The translations under genes were made by a program, and so were the position numbers. Of a stretch of 64,000 nucleotides of DNA, positions 30,375 through 40,264 are shown one piece after another. Each line of letters begins with the position of its first letter. Within the stretch, counting starts at the first letter, position 1. The stretch is taken from positions 27,095-91,094 of the IMG/VR virus record IMGVR_UViG_3300037454_000542. One strand, written 5' to 3'. The notes below the pieces were generated by a model that was not told the DNA's origin, made no database searches, and saw only the letters and a program-made list of their open reading frames with translations. The stretch comes from a virus (taxonomy: Duplodnaviria > Caudoviricetes).

Positions 30375-30549
30375 CCCTTTTAACCTGCCGAGCCCTTAAT
30401 TGCTCGAGTACACGCATCACGCGGCCTGTCTCCTCGACGTAATATTTTTTTCTGCCGCGCTTTTTCTGACGGTTTGTAATAGTGATATTTAAGCTATCAC
30501 CAAGTTTGTCACGAAGCGCTATGGCTTCATCTTGAGTAATAAGTAGCAT
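30367..30549 (-). CDS. Small basic hypothetical protein
   Basis: 60 aa, RBS AAAGGAG, RKKYYVEE motif. Confidence 0.55.
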   Translation of the reverse strand: MLLITQDEAIALRDKLGDSLNITITNRQKKRGRKKYYVEETGRVMRVLEQLRARQVKRGV

Positions 30550-30818
30550 TGTATCTCTCCTTTATTTCCATTTACCTCCCGGCAGCTTACGGAGACCCGC
30601 CGTCTGCGAGCCCCCGTAGGAGGAGGTGGCGACTGCTTACCGGGTGGTAACACATGGGGAGCTTGCGTCTCCCTTAACGCGCGTTAATATGGGACTATAA
30701 GAAGCACCCCACAAAAACGTAGACTACATGCGGGTTTTTACATTTTTTTACCACCACGCATGCAGAAAACGCGATATAAATACAACATTTTGTTGTCTAA
30801 AAGTGTATTATTGTTGCA

Positions 30819-33626
30819 TTAAAAGGCGTCATTTTGTTGCGTTATTAGCTTAAATGGAACCTTTTTGAAGCGGAGCCCGTAGTATTCTATGTCGCCATTT
30901 TCATCCTCGACCAGAGTGTACACCGCCTCTCTGCTATCAACAATCATCTTGAAAAACTCTTTATCGGGTCTTCCGAACAGTACCTCAAACACATATCTGG
31001 CGATGTCTCTGTATTCGGGATTGTCAAGTTGTTTGAGCGTGAGGTACATTGTCGAGGTGCAGGAGGACATTCCGCACACTTCCTCAATACAGTCCTGCTT
31101 GATTTCCCACGCTCTCTGCCTGATGTCCTCCTTTTCGGAAGGAGTGAACTCGTCATATCCGACATACAGCTTCTTTGTCTCTTCTTTGGCGGTGCGTATC
31201 ACATTCACGATCTTGTCTCGCTGCGAGTAGTAGTAGCCCTGGTTGGTGTTGCCGTCGGGCTTCTTTACTATGCTCATGAACGGTAATACATCCTTCTTTT
31301 TATCTCGCCCTTCCCGGAAGTTGAACTTCCCGATTATCTTCTGCAAATAGTCCATCGCGGTGGCGAAATACCGGTACTTGATATTGTCGCTGAGCGTGTA
31401 CCCGTTCTCCGTCGTTATCATCTTGAAGAACCAGGGCTTCACGGTACGTTCTCCGTCGGCGATGCGGTACTTTCTCTTCAGGATATTCAGCTCGGTGCCG
31501 CTGTTTATCACGAACTCTTTCTTGGCTCTGTCTATCTCGACATTGGAGAGCACAGCCAGCTTGCATATGTCGCGGTACAGCTCCATGCAATCCCCGACCG
31601 ATGCGCCTTTGTTGATCCTTTCCCACATTAAGCTGTTGAGCTGCTGGGAGAGGTTTACGATCTCGCCGATTTTGTTGACGCTGGTCTTTACGTCGAGGTC
31701 GGCTTTGTCGCTGTTGTCATACTTACGCTTCGTTTTCACGGAGACCGTTAGGTTTGTGGGTACTCCGAAGTCGTGGTAGTGACGCTCGGCGGCTTCTATG
31801 AGCATCGGATGATCCGTAATCAGTATTGTGTCCGAGTCGTAGTCGCACCCGTTGAGCCGCTGCTGGATGTTGTCATTCGCGGCGTTGATGCACACGATCT
31901 CCGGCGTGAGGTTGAAGTATTTGTCGTATAGGTAGCTCGCCACGTTATCGACCAGCAGGACGTTGCCGGCGCAGATGTGAGGGCTACGGGAGCACAGTAG
32001 GCGCTGCCCGTACGGGAATCTTGCGCTGTGTATCTGCCCGGGCTGCAACTCCAGTGCGCCGGTGTACTTGCCAATCGCTGCTCTGAGCATCTCTACGCCA
32101 TTGCCGAGGATGGTGGAGTAGTTGCCGTTCACAAGTACGTGCCCGCGCTTCAGGTTGCGAATTTCACCGCGTATAAGGTCGTCGCGGAAGTCGTAGTACA
32201 TCTTGGTCTGAGCAAACTTGTCGTTGATGCCCATCAGTTTGAAGATGATCTCGTTCTTGGAATCCAGTGCCGACCAGTCATCGGACATTTCCAGTGGGTA
32301 TTTGATGGCGTACCGCAGCACGGCTGGGTCACGGCGTATCGCGGAGATGTAATCCAGCGAGGGCTTCAGGATCTGCTCCATTTCCTCGTAGGAGAGGTGT
32401 AGGGTGTTGAACAGTTGGTAGTGGGCCTGAACCATCTTGCCGTCGAACGGGTGAGGCTTCTTCTCGTACTTGACCAGGCCGAAAGTCGAGGTCACGTTCC
32501 GCAGCCAGCTCTCCACGGTGCCGAACTTCGCGTACTTGATACTTGACACGGTGGTTATCATCTTCACTTCGCTGATGTCTGTCGCCATTGTGTAGCCGTT
32601 TAATTGGTCAATCGAGGTGATGCCGTTGTCTATGAACCACTGCTGCAGGTTTGTGTTGAAGCAGCAGGACTTGAAGAAGCGGTTCCGCAGGAGGATCATT
32701 CCTTTGTTTTCGTACTTGCCGAACAGGGATTTGTCCAGCAGCGACTGCCCGTCGAACAGCTTGTTCTCTACCTCCACCGTCTTGTTCGAGGCAGTCAGAT
32801 GTTCGCCGTCTATCTCCACCGCGACCACATCGTCCTTGAACACGCTTGTGCAGTCCTCCGTTATCAGGATACTGTTCAGCGGGATCTCAATCGTGTCAAT
32901 GATGGAGCTCATAGGCAGCGCGATGTAGGCTTCGTAGGCTGCGAGATCGAGGGGCTGCCCCTCTTTAATGTCGAGCCCGCACTTGTCCCATTTCTCCATA
33001 TCGGCCGCGAGCGCTTTGTTTACGAACAGGCACTTGCCGACACGACTCGAACCGCTGCTTCGCTTGTACCGCACATACTCCACACCGTCGCACTTGAACC
33101 CGTTTTCGTACAGGTAGTTGCGGAGCTCGGCCTTGTCCATTACGGTGGGAATCACGCCGGTCTGAGCGTAGTATCCGTCGCAGTAGGAGAAGTAGCCTTC
33201 CAGCAATTCGTCGTCCACCGGATTTGCGACCTGCACGTTGGTCTGGATTGCAATGAGCCGCCCGTCCTTAATGAACACGCCTTCAGTGAACGTGCAGTCA
33301 CGGTACAGGTACCCGTTCCGTATGTATGTATTCTTGCCCGCCATATTGAACTCTTTGTAGGCGTACTTGAACGTCACGCATATCACGTTCTTGGTGTAAC
33401 TGTGCCGGCCGACGCGGAACTGGAAGTCCTTGCGGCGCATCCGCTTCTCATACACCTCGCGGAGCTTGATATAGTCCAGCGAGTAGTCCAGCGTGTTTGA
33501 AAACTTGCGCAGGCTGAGCGACCCGTTTGCACTACGTATGCTGTACTCGCAGTTGTCGTTGCCCTCCTGGTGCATCGCGGCGAATATATCCTTCGCCTCT
33601 ATTGACATTATCTTTAGTCCTTCCAT
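30819..33626 (-). CDS. YonO-like single-subunit (two-barrel) phage RNA polymerase
   Basis: 935 aa; YKRSSGSSRVGKCLF, FDGQSL, RSPH and metal-binding GCDYDSD motif; sits at the head of the late operon as in SPbeta. Confidence 0.8.
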   Translation of the reverse strand: MEGLKIMSIEAKDIFAAMHQEGNDNCEYSIRSANGSLSLRKFSNTLDYSLDYIKLREVYEKRMRRKDFQFRVGRHSYTKNVICVTFKYAYKEFNMAGKNTYIRNGYLYRDCTFTEGVFIKDGRLIAIQTNVQVANPVDDELLEGYFSYCDGYYAQTGVIPTVMDKAELRNYLYENGFKCDGVEYVRYKRSSGSSRVGKCLFVNKALAADMEKWDKCGLDIKEGQPLDLAAYEAYIALPMSSIIDTIEIPLNSILITEDCTSVFKDDVVAVEIDGEHLTASNKTVEVENKLFDGQSLLDKSLFGKYENKGMILLRNRFFKSCCFNTNLQQWFIDNGITSIDQLNGYTMATDISEVKMITTVSSIKYAKFGTVESWLRNVTSTFGLVKYEKKPHPFDGKMVQAHYQLFNTLHLSYEEMEQILKPSLDYISAIRRDPAVLRYAIKYPLEMSDDWSALDSKNEIIFKLMGINDKFAQTKMYYDFRDDLIRGEIRNLKRGHVLVNGNYSTILGNGVEMLRAAIGKYTGALELQPGQIHSARFPYGQRLLCSRSPHICAGNVLLVDNVASYLYDKYFNLTPEIVCINAANDNIQQRLNGCDYDSDTILITDHPMLIEAAERHYHDFGVPTNLTVSVKTKRKYDNSDKADLDVKTSVNKIGEIVNLSQQLNSLMWERINKGASVGDCMELYRDICKLAVLSNVEIDRAKKEFVINSGTELNILKRKYRIADGERTVKPWFFKMITTENGYTLSDNIKYRYFATAMDYLQKIIGKFNFREGRDKKKDVLPFMSIVKKPDGNTNQGYYYSQRDKIVNVIRTAKEETKKLYVGYDEFTPSEKEDIRQRAWEIKQDCIEEVCGMSSCTSTMYLTLKQLDNPEYRDIARYVFEVLFGRPDKEFFKMIVDSREAVYTLVEDENGDIEYYGLRFKKVPFKLITQQNDAF

Positions 33627-33660
33627 CTGCTCCTCCTTTAAGAACTTTGCTGCTCCTCAT

Positions 33661-33849
33661 TTAAGAACTTTGTTCCTGTAAAAAGTCCCTGTATGCTCTC
33701 TGCCTCATCTCAAGGTCTTCCTCGTACTCCTCTGCGGCGGTCTCATAATCTCCGTCGTCATCCAACGGGGTGTAATCCTCGCACGGTACACCGTCGTCGC
33801 ACTTGTAAGTCCACAGACATCTCTTACAGCTCTTCGCCTTCACGTTCAC
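33661..33849 (-). CDS. Small Cys-rich hypothetical protein
   Basis: 62 aa with CxxC...C...C. Confidence 0.5.
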   Translation of the reverse strand: MNVKAKSCKRCLWTYKCDDGVPCEDYTPLDDDGDYETAAEEYEEDLEMRQRAYRDFLQEQSS

Positions 33850-35158
33850 TCAATTCACCTCCTCGCCGAATCTCGGCGCCTTTTCCTTTGAATTTCACAG
33901 GCTCGAGATCCTTGCCGGCGGCCAGATTCTCAAGCCATTGTTTTAACAGCGAGCGCATCCTCGCACTGGGTACGTACACCCAGACTTCCTCTCCCTTCCG
34001 TATCGCGGAGCGGAATATCCACTGCACGATGATGGAGAGGGCGTACGTGTCCTGATCCACATCGACGCCGTGCTCGCGGTAGTAGCGGGCCTCCCAGGGC
34101 CTCGCGAAGTTGTTCACGCAGTACGCGAGGTACCTGCGGTTCGCGTATTCGTTGGAAGCGCGCTTGTTGTAGGGAACGAACGAGCTCGCGAAGCCCTTTG
34201 CGGCAACCAGGCTGCGGCAGTCCTTGAATACCGTCCACATTGTCTCCTCGGCGGGTGCCTTGAAGATGTTCCGGAACAGGTTGACCAAGTTCCTGCGCAT
34301 CTTATCGCACAGCCCCTCTCCCTCTTCGTGATGGTTAAGCGTATACGAGGAGACGGAGAGGTCGGTGCGCTTCGCGCCGATCTCATTCAGCTTCTTGTGC
34401 TCGAGGATGTGAATTTTGTCACGCAGGTCGCGCCTTCGATCCATTTCGCCAATGTCACAGAACTCATACTTGCCGCCCGCGCCTTTTACCCCTATAAGCT
34501 CGTACTTGAATCCGTAAAGATCAAAGAAGTAACGGAGGAGCTGGGCGTGGAACAGGTAGGTGAGCACGTACGCCTCTTTGAAGCACGCAAATAGCTCCGG
34601 CGGAATAGACCAGAACAGATACCGCCCGTCGTACTCCAGAAGGTTCTTGGACCTCGCAAGCTTGACCTCTTCACTGAACTTGCCCTCGCCGTCGTAATCG
34701 TCAGACTCGTATTCGCTGTAAGACCACTCAACGTGTCCGTCCTCCGCACGAATAATGTCGTGGTTCTTTAAGAGGTTTATATCGCAGGGCTTCAGCCCGG
34801 ACATGTTGAACGTGTTCACGGTCTCATCAAGAACCAGTATGTACTCTTTCTCGCTTACGAGCTGCTTGATGTCCTCCGTATAAGAGGTGAAGAGGGAATG
34901 CGTGGTGGCAATATTACGCCCCTCTTTTAACAACTGGCGTATATCCTTCAGCTTGGTCATTCCGGATTCGAGATCCCCCTCGGGGGAGAGGAACTTCCTG
35001 GCCTTGCACTTCTCTTTAATTCGTTCTACCTCGGAGAGGAACTGCGTTACGAATATAAATCGCGCGTCCGTCCTCTCGTTCATCATCCGTATACACGCGG
35101 AGGTTTTGCCTGCGCCGCACAGCGCGTCACATACTTTAATATGCACCTTCCCGGTCAT
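33824..35158 (-). CDS. P-loop/DEAD-like helicase-domain protein
   Basis: Likely start MTGKV at 35158; DALCGAGKTS Walker A, LVLDE Walker B, QWIFRSAIR motif VI-like. Confidence 0.7.
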   Translation of the reverse strand: MTGKVHIKVCDALCGAGKTSACIRMMNERTDARFIFVTQFLSEVERIKEKCKARKFLSPEGDLESGMTKLKDIRQLLKEGRNIATTHSLFTSYTEDIKQLVSEKEYILVLDETVNTFNMSGLKPCDINLLKNHDIIRAEDGHVEWSYSEYESDDYDGEGKFSEEVKLARSKNLLEYDGRYLFWSIPPELFACFKEAYVLTYLFHAQLLRYFFDLYGFKYELIGVKGAGGKYEFCDIGEMDRRRDLRDKIHILEHKKLNEIGAKRTDLSVSSYTLNHHEEGEGLCDKMRRNLVNLFRNIFKAPAEETMWTVFKDCRSLVAAKGFASSFVPYNKRASNEYANRRYLAYCVNNFARPWEARYYREHGVDVDQDTYALSIIVQWIFRSAIRKGEEVWVYVPSARMRSLLKQWLENLAAGKDLEPVKFKGKGAEIRRGGELSEREGEEL

Positions 35159-35499
35159 CCTTCCTGGGGTCAAATTCAATTTTACCACTACCCCCGGTGG
35201 TAAAATGGGTTTGGGGTATCCCTCAAAGTGTCCCTCGTGGTGGGAGGAAACAGAGCCTCGAAAAATCGATTTCTTATAAATATATAACTCTATGAAAAAT
35301 ACCACCTGTATTGATAGCGTTGCACTCCCATTCCCGATCGTTGTCCTTATTTCTCGCGCTAGCGAGTTTGTACAGATAAGCGCTTTCAGGACAACGAAAA
35401 CGCCGTCTTGTTTCAACCGTACACACCCAACACCCTGCACTGGGGAGAGGAGTATTCGATTGATCTAAGACGGCGTACATAACTTGTATCGTCATTGTC

Positions 35500-35528
35500 A
35501 TTATACAACATTGTTAGACAACTGTCAA
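35500..35528 (-). promoter_or_regulatory. Sigma-A promoter for the leftward operon, overlapped by an operator motif
   Basis: Minus strand TTGACA-17 nt-TATAAT; spacer contains ACAACATTGTTAGACAAC on the plus strand. Confidence 0.75.
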
Positions 35529-36074
35529 GCACTTTTTTCAAAAAAATATCAAGCTCGCCTTTGTTAACTTCTGGTGGCCACAATGTTAACTCTCTCCCGT
35601 ACTGGGGGTCTCCTCAGGTTAAAAATCGCCGGTATGGTTATAAACAACCAATGTAAACAAGACCGAGAAAAAACCCGACCTTTGTGTGCGGTTATTTGCC
35701 ATTTGATCCCGTTTTCCGGAAAGGGCGGGTATATATGTGAGAGGATGACGTGGGGAGGAGGAGACGAGGTCGGGGAGAAGGGAGAGTTGAGGGTGAAATG
35801 GAACACCTAGAGGACGTGTGCGCGGCGCGCCGTTGGCGGCGGTTATAATTGCCCCTATGTTAACAACGGAAAAATGATAACATTATACCCGCAACGGCGG
35901 CGGGCGGCGTTGTCATTGTTGGAAACGCTCAACCGCTTTTATATTTTTTTGCAAATTGTCAAAATTAGGTGTTGACAACGGCAAAAAATAAGAGTAATAT
36001 ACAATTGTACTCACCCGCGGAGTACAACAAAAAAATATTGAGTCTTTACGGCGAGCGGGAGAAGGAACAAAACA

Positions 36075-37025
36075 ATGACAGCGTACAACAACAACAACAG
36101 CAACAACAACGGAAACAACAACGGCGGCGCGGAGTATTTGCGGACGATGGCAACAATTGCGGCGGCGGAGTTGAATGGCAAACTGAACGTTTACGGCGTG
36201 AGACCATTTGCGGACGGCGAGACAATCAACGCGAGCGAGACAGCGGACAACAGCGACATTTTGCGCGCCGTTGTAACGTGTATAAATGCGCTCATTTCCG
36301 GCGCTAAAATTAAACGGGATAATTGCCGGAGTGACGCCATTTATTGTTATTTGCAAGCGCAAATTGATTGTTTGCGGTATTGCCGTTGGAACGCGCGTAT
36401 TGACGGCGGCAAAACGTGTGGCGCGCGGATTGTTTATGGCGCGGAGTGCTGGAACGGCCGCGCCAACATTAGCGACATTATAGACAATATAAACGGCGCG
36501 TATTGCGCGCTATTGCTGTGCGACGGCGAGCAAATGAGCGTTGACATTTTGCGGGCAATCCGCAATGAATATGAACGTGTTTGCGACTTTAGCGACAGCA
36601 GCCGCGCAAACTGGGACAATGAGCGCAAAATGATTGTTTACACCGTCGACAGCGCGGACATTTGCGGCGGGGAGTGGTATGGCGGTAACGTTGCGGCACT
36701 GTGTGACGTTGACGGCATAAAAGATGAGCAATTGCGCGAGACTATCAAGACGGCGCGCGAGCGCGGAGACCTGAAACAATCGGACGTTGATATTTTGTTG
36801 AACGTTGCCAACGGAACAACAACCGCAACAATTGCGGCGTTGTTGGATTGTTCGAAGGGCACTATCTCAAAACATTTCAAACGCGCAACATATTATTTGC
36901 GCTGCATTTGCGGAGACCGCGCAACGGAAACGGAAACGGAAACGGAAACGCGCCGTTGTGTTGTTCCGTCCGCGGATTATTCCCGCATTGTATATGATAC
37001 AGTGCGCGGCGCGTTGAGTGAATAA
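36075..37025 (+). CDS. Sigma-70 region 4/LuxR-type HTH protein
   Basis: C-terminal DVDILLNVANGTTTATIAALLDCSKGTISKHFKRA HTH; upstream TTGACA-17-TAATAT at about 35972-36000; RBS GAAGGA. Confidence 0.6.
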   Translation: MTAYNNNNSNNNGNNNGGAEYLRTMATIAAAELNGKLNVYGVRPFADGETINASETADNSDILRAVVTCINALISGAKIKRDNCRSDAIYCYLQAQIDCLRYCRWNARIDGGKTCGARIVYGAECWNGRANISDIIDNINGAYCALLLCDGEQMSVDILRAIRNEYERVCDFSDSSRANWDNERKMIVYTVDSADICGGEWYGGNVAALCDVDGIKDEQLRETIKTARERGDLKQSDVDILLNVANGTTTATIAALLDCSKGTISKHFKRATYYLRCICGDRATETETETETRRCVVPSADYSRIVYDTVRGALSE

Positions 37026-37047
37026 AGCGCGGACAACGTAAACAACA

Positions 37048-37082
37048 ACGGCGGCGGGCGGCGGCTCGCCGCCGTTTTTTTT
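37048..37082 (+). terminator. Rho-independent terminator
   Basis: ACGGCGGCGGGC-GGCG-GCTCGCCGCCGT followed by a T run. Confidence 0.7.
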
Positions 37083-37084
37083 GC

Positions 37085-37241
37085 CGCCAACGGCGCGGCG
37101 GGCGGCGAGCGGAAACGCTCAACCGCCTATATACGCCAACGGCGCGGCGGGCGGCGAGCGGAAACGCTCAACCGCCTATATACGCCAACGGCGCGGCGGG
37201 CGGCGAGCGGAAACGCTCAACCGCCTATATACGCCAACGGC
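37085..37241 (+). repeat. 49-bp tandem repeat, 3 perfect copies plus a partial
   Basis: Unit CGCCAACGGCGCGGCGGGCGGCGAGCGGAAACGCTCAACCGCCTATATA at 37085, 37134, 37183; partial at 37232. Confidence 0.95.
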
Positions 37242-37257
37242 AATAGGGGGGGAAACA

Positions 37258-37416
37258 ATGAGAGTGAGACTCGAAGACTACTTAATGCGTCACGGTATGA
37301 GAATGACGTTCTCGCGCCGCCGCCTGATCCGGCGTTTCGGTGCGGCGCTTGTGCGTTTAGTTGCGCGCCCGTACTTGAAACGGCACGCGCAAGAGTTTGA
37401 TGCTGAATTGTATTGA
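37258..37416 (+). CDS. Small basic hypothetical protein
   Basis: MRVRLEDYLMRHG..., G-rich RBS. Confidence 0.45.
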   Translation: MRVRLEDYLMRHGMRMTFSRRRLIRRFGAALVRLVARPYLKRHAQEFDAELY

Positions 37417-37419
37417 CAC

Positions 37420-38105
37420 AGCGGGGCTGTGACAAGCCCCAGCTTCTAATGCAGCCTGGCATTTATTGCCTGACGGTCTCAAGCCCGTGCAAATGCAGAG
37501 AGGAAGTGCATAGCTAAGGATGCCTGTAAAAGGGTTGTTGCGGCGTCCCGAGCAATCGGGGATGCCTTGCGACTCCGCGCAAATCGTGCGCGGCGCGAGG
37601 ATGACTACCGCACGGCGGTGCGTGCCTGACCTAAGCCCGGCAATAGGGGCTGAGGGGTACTCTTGCCATCAAGAGAAGTGACCATAACAACACAAAATGG
37701 TGGTGGTTCTGGCCTGCTGGCCAGCGTCGTACGGGAGTAGACCTGCGGCGTGCCTTCTGGTGAAAATGGCAACGGGAATGTCGACGAGCCCAACTCCGGC
37801 TTGGAGAACGACTGTGCGTCGAATGCTTGCATGATGCAAATCAGAATGTTTTGCTCAATGCTCTGGCTGATGTATATCTCTGCGAGGTGTGCGTTATGAA
37901 GGCCGGTGCATTGTGATGGTCAAGAGTCTCTGCGAGATGCCTGCCTGTTAAACGGACTGCATAGTTGACTGCCTGCAAGAGACGTGAACCATCCAAAACT
38001 GAATATAGGGATAAAACACCCCTGCTACGTGCAGGGTTACATAGGCTTCGGGGGCTGTGCCTTAACAGCCCTCACATCGAGGCTTGCCTCACAAAATATG
38101 CCTAA
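37420..38105 (+). ncRNA. Candidate large structured ncRNA (~680 nt)
   Basis: No credible ORF; consecutive GC-rich hairpins including GCAA-capped stems (37423-37440, 37542-37566, 37575-37593, 37630-37655 and others). Confidence 0.55.
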
Positions 38106-38118
38106 AAGGAGAATAACC

Positions 38119-38898
38119 ATGGCTGATCATGAAAAAACCTGCCAGGCGGTGAAGGCAAACGTCGATACGTACCTCGCTGCCGCTAAAGCTGCTCTGAAGA
38201 GCAAAAACATTGACGAATACGAGACGGCAAAAGTAGACCTTGAAAAGACCGTAAAGGAATTGACCAAGGTTACGCGAGAGCTTGCCTACGAACAGTTTAT
38301 GAAGGCTGAAAATCCTCTGATGGCTGCCCTCGAGCAGTTTTACGTGACTTCCTATCGCGTCAAAGAGGAAAAGGGCAAAGAGGGCGAAGACGAAGGCAAG
38401 ACAATCGGCCTGTCCGTTGCTGCCAACGAAAAACAGCGTATCGACTTTGACGATTTTTGCGATTACGCATCGCTTGACCGCGAATGGCTCCACGACTGCG
38501 CAAAACTCCTCGTTTTGCTGCAAATCAGAAAAACTGACATCTATAATATGACTGCCTCCGAGCTCAAACAGTACTCTGAAAACTTCAAGAGCGCTGTGCG
38601 TGCAAAAAAGGCGGGAGAAACGCCTGATAGCAACACTAAAATTGTTGCCCTTCTTCAGAGAATTGTTGACGAAACCATTTTCGTTGACAACGGCAACGGC
38701 AAAAACAAGCATAAATGCACGTGCCGCGACATCGTCTTTATTGAGGACTGTGCCCACCAGTTCAACCCGAAGGCGAAGGCTGGAATAAAGAGCCTCTCGG
38801 TTCGCGTTTTCCAGACCGTCATGTCCTCCGTGCTTTATTCAATTCTGACTGGCGAAGGATACACCGTCAAGAATTATAAAGTCAAAGATGCTGACTGA
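38119..38898 (+). CDS. Hypothetical protein
   Basis: Start MADHEK at 38119 after AAAAGGAG; codon usage suggests high expression. Confidence 0.75.
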   Translation: MADHEKTCQAVKANVDTYLAAAKAALKSKNIDEYETAKVDLEKTVKELTKVTRELAYEQFMKAENPLMAALEQFYVTSYRVKEEKGKEGEDEGKTIGLSVAANEKQRIDFDDFCDYASLDREWLHDCAKLLVLLQIRKTDIYNMTASELKQYSENFKSAVRAKKAGETPDSNTKIVALLQRIVDETIFVDNGNGKNKHKCTCRDIVFIEDCAHQFNPKAKAGIKSLSVRVFQTVMSSVLYSILTGEGYTVKNYKVKDAD

Positions 38899-39077
38899 AC
38901 AACAAACCATGCTCCAATTCGGCCTCCTGCGTTGAGCCTCATCAGCGCTGATTCTAATGCTGCCAATGACAGTCCAAAGCCTGTATGAAAAAAGCAGATG
39001 GGAACCTCCTATCCGAATCCGCGGGGCGCCTGCGTGGTGACTGGTGCCCCGCATCATTTTGCAAAGGATGATCTAAA

Positions 39078-39254
39078 ATGAAATGTGCTGACTGCCCGTA
39101 CTACTGGCGCGAACTGGATGACGATGTTGCACAGTGCCACTTCGTCCGCCTGTTTCCGCCTGAACTGGACCCCGCCCCGTGCGAGGTGAACGACGACGAG
39201 CCTGACGAAAGCCGGCCTGCTGAATTTCCGTATGAGCCGCTGTGCGGCGAGTGA
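39078..39254 (+). CDS. Small Cys-rich acidic protein (58 aa)
   Basis: MKCADCPYYWRELDDD..., RBS AAAGGA; below the track cutoff. Confidence 0.5.
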   Translation: MKCADCPYYWRELDDDVAQCHFVRLFPPELDPAPCEVNDDEPDESRPAEFPYEPLCGE

Positions 39255-39267
39255 GATATGCCAGCAT

Positions 39268-39296
39268 TTGACAATCGTCTGCCGCTGCAGTATAAT
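39268..39296 (+). promoter_or_regulatory. Consensus sigma-A promoter
   Basis: TTGACA-17 nt-TATAAT. Confidence 0.75.
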
Positions 39297-39400
39297 ACTG
39301 ACACCGGCATCATTTGTTGTTGTATGGTGTTGGTACGTTGTCACGGTTTGTGCGTTTCCCGTGTTTTCTAAAAACGCACACATTTCAAAAGGAAGTTATA

Positions 39401-39730
39401 ATGGCTGACGAAGAAAAACGCAAAAGGGGCAGACCCCCGCTGAGTCCAGAACTCAAAGCGGAGCGCGCTGCCGCGAGAAAAGAGTATAACAAAGCCTACT
39501 TGAAGGCACACGGATTCGCCGCTCAACGCAAATACGATAAGACGGAAAAAGGCGTTGCAGCGCGTCGAAATTATGTTAAAAAAAACGCGGGGAAAAGGTA
39601 TGCGGCGCGCATATCGATTCCCGCGTCAAAAAAAGACGTACTACTTGACCTTGTAAAGTCAAGCAATATGTCAATAAATAAGTTCTTCGTTTCTCTTGTC
39701 GAAGAGAAATACAACGTGGACTTATCTTGA
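39401..39730 (+). CDS. AT-hook/ribbon-helix-helix-like DNA-binding protein
   Basis: Start MADEEK at 39401; KRGRPP AT-hook; C-terminal ARISIP...MSINKF RHH-like. Confidence 0.55.
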   Translation: MADEEKRKRGRPPLSPELKAERAAARKEYNKAYLKAHGFAAQRKYDKTEKGVAARRNYVKKNAGKRYAARISIPASKKDVLLDLVKSSNMSINKFFVSLVEEKYNVDLS

Positions 39731-39812
39731 GCAAGTAATCACTTGTGTTAGACGGCTGATAGTTGTCGCAAATATGATGAGTGGCGGCAACTTTCCGCCG
39801 GAAAGGTTCACA

Positions 39813-40238
39813 ATGCAAAACGAAGAAGATTTTTTTGATGGGGAATACCACAACACAGCAGAAGAGGCCGACGCCGAAATCGCCGAAGCAAAAGCGATAG
39901 TTGACAAATGGTTTCCGAAAGAGTTTGTTGCGATGCTTGACCCTGTAAAGTATGCGCGGGTTTACAACTCCATAAAGACAATTATCGCATTGATAAACGC
40001 CTCGACAGACGAAGAATCGCGCCCAACCTACAAAGTCGATCCTGCGATCATCGGAACCTCAATACGTTTCCAGATACAGCTCAATGAGTACGACATCACT
40101 GTTGACTCAAACGTATTAAAAGCGATGGTATCGTCTTTACCGGCGGATGCAGAAATTACATTATTGCCTCAAAAAGGTTATAAGACGTCTATTTTTATCT
40201 ATTATCCAAACGTGCGAGTAATACTTCCAGAAAAATAA
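39813..40238 (+). CDS. Hypothetical protein
   Basis: Start MQNEED at 39813 after GAAAGG. Confidence 0.6.
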   Translation: MQNEEDFFDGEYHNTAEEADAEIAEAKAIVDKWFPKEFVAMLDPVKYARVYNSIKTIIALINASTDEESRPTYKVDPAIIGTSIRFQIQLNEYDITVDSNVLKAMVSSLPADAEITLLPQKGYKTSIFIYYPNVRVILPEK

Positions 40239-40264
40239 ACGACGCATATTGTTACTTGCGTAAT

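Noticed and set aside
36923-36950. (AACGGA)n microsatellite as a phase-variation switch
   Set aside because: The hexamer unit keeps the frame (TETETET), so slippage would not switch expression.
37085-37241. 49-bp repeats as a CRISPR array
   Set aside because: The units are directly adjacent with no unique spacers, and no cas genes are present.
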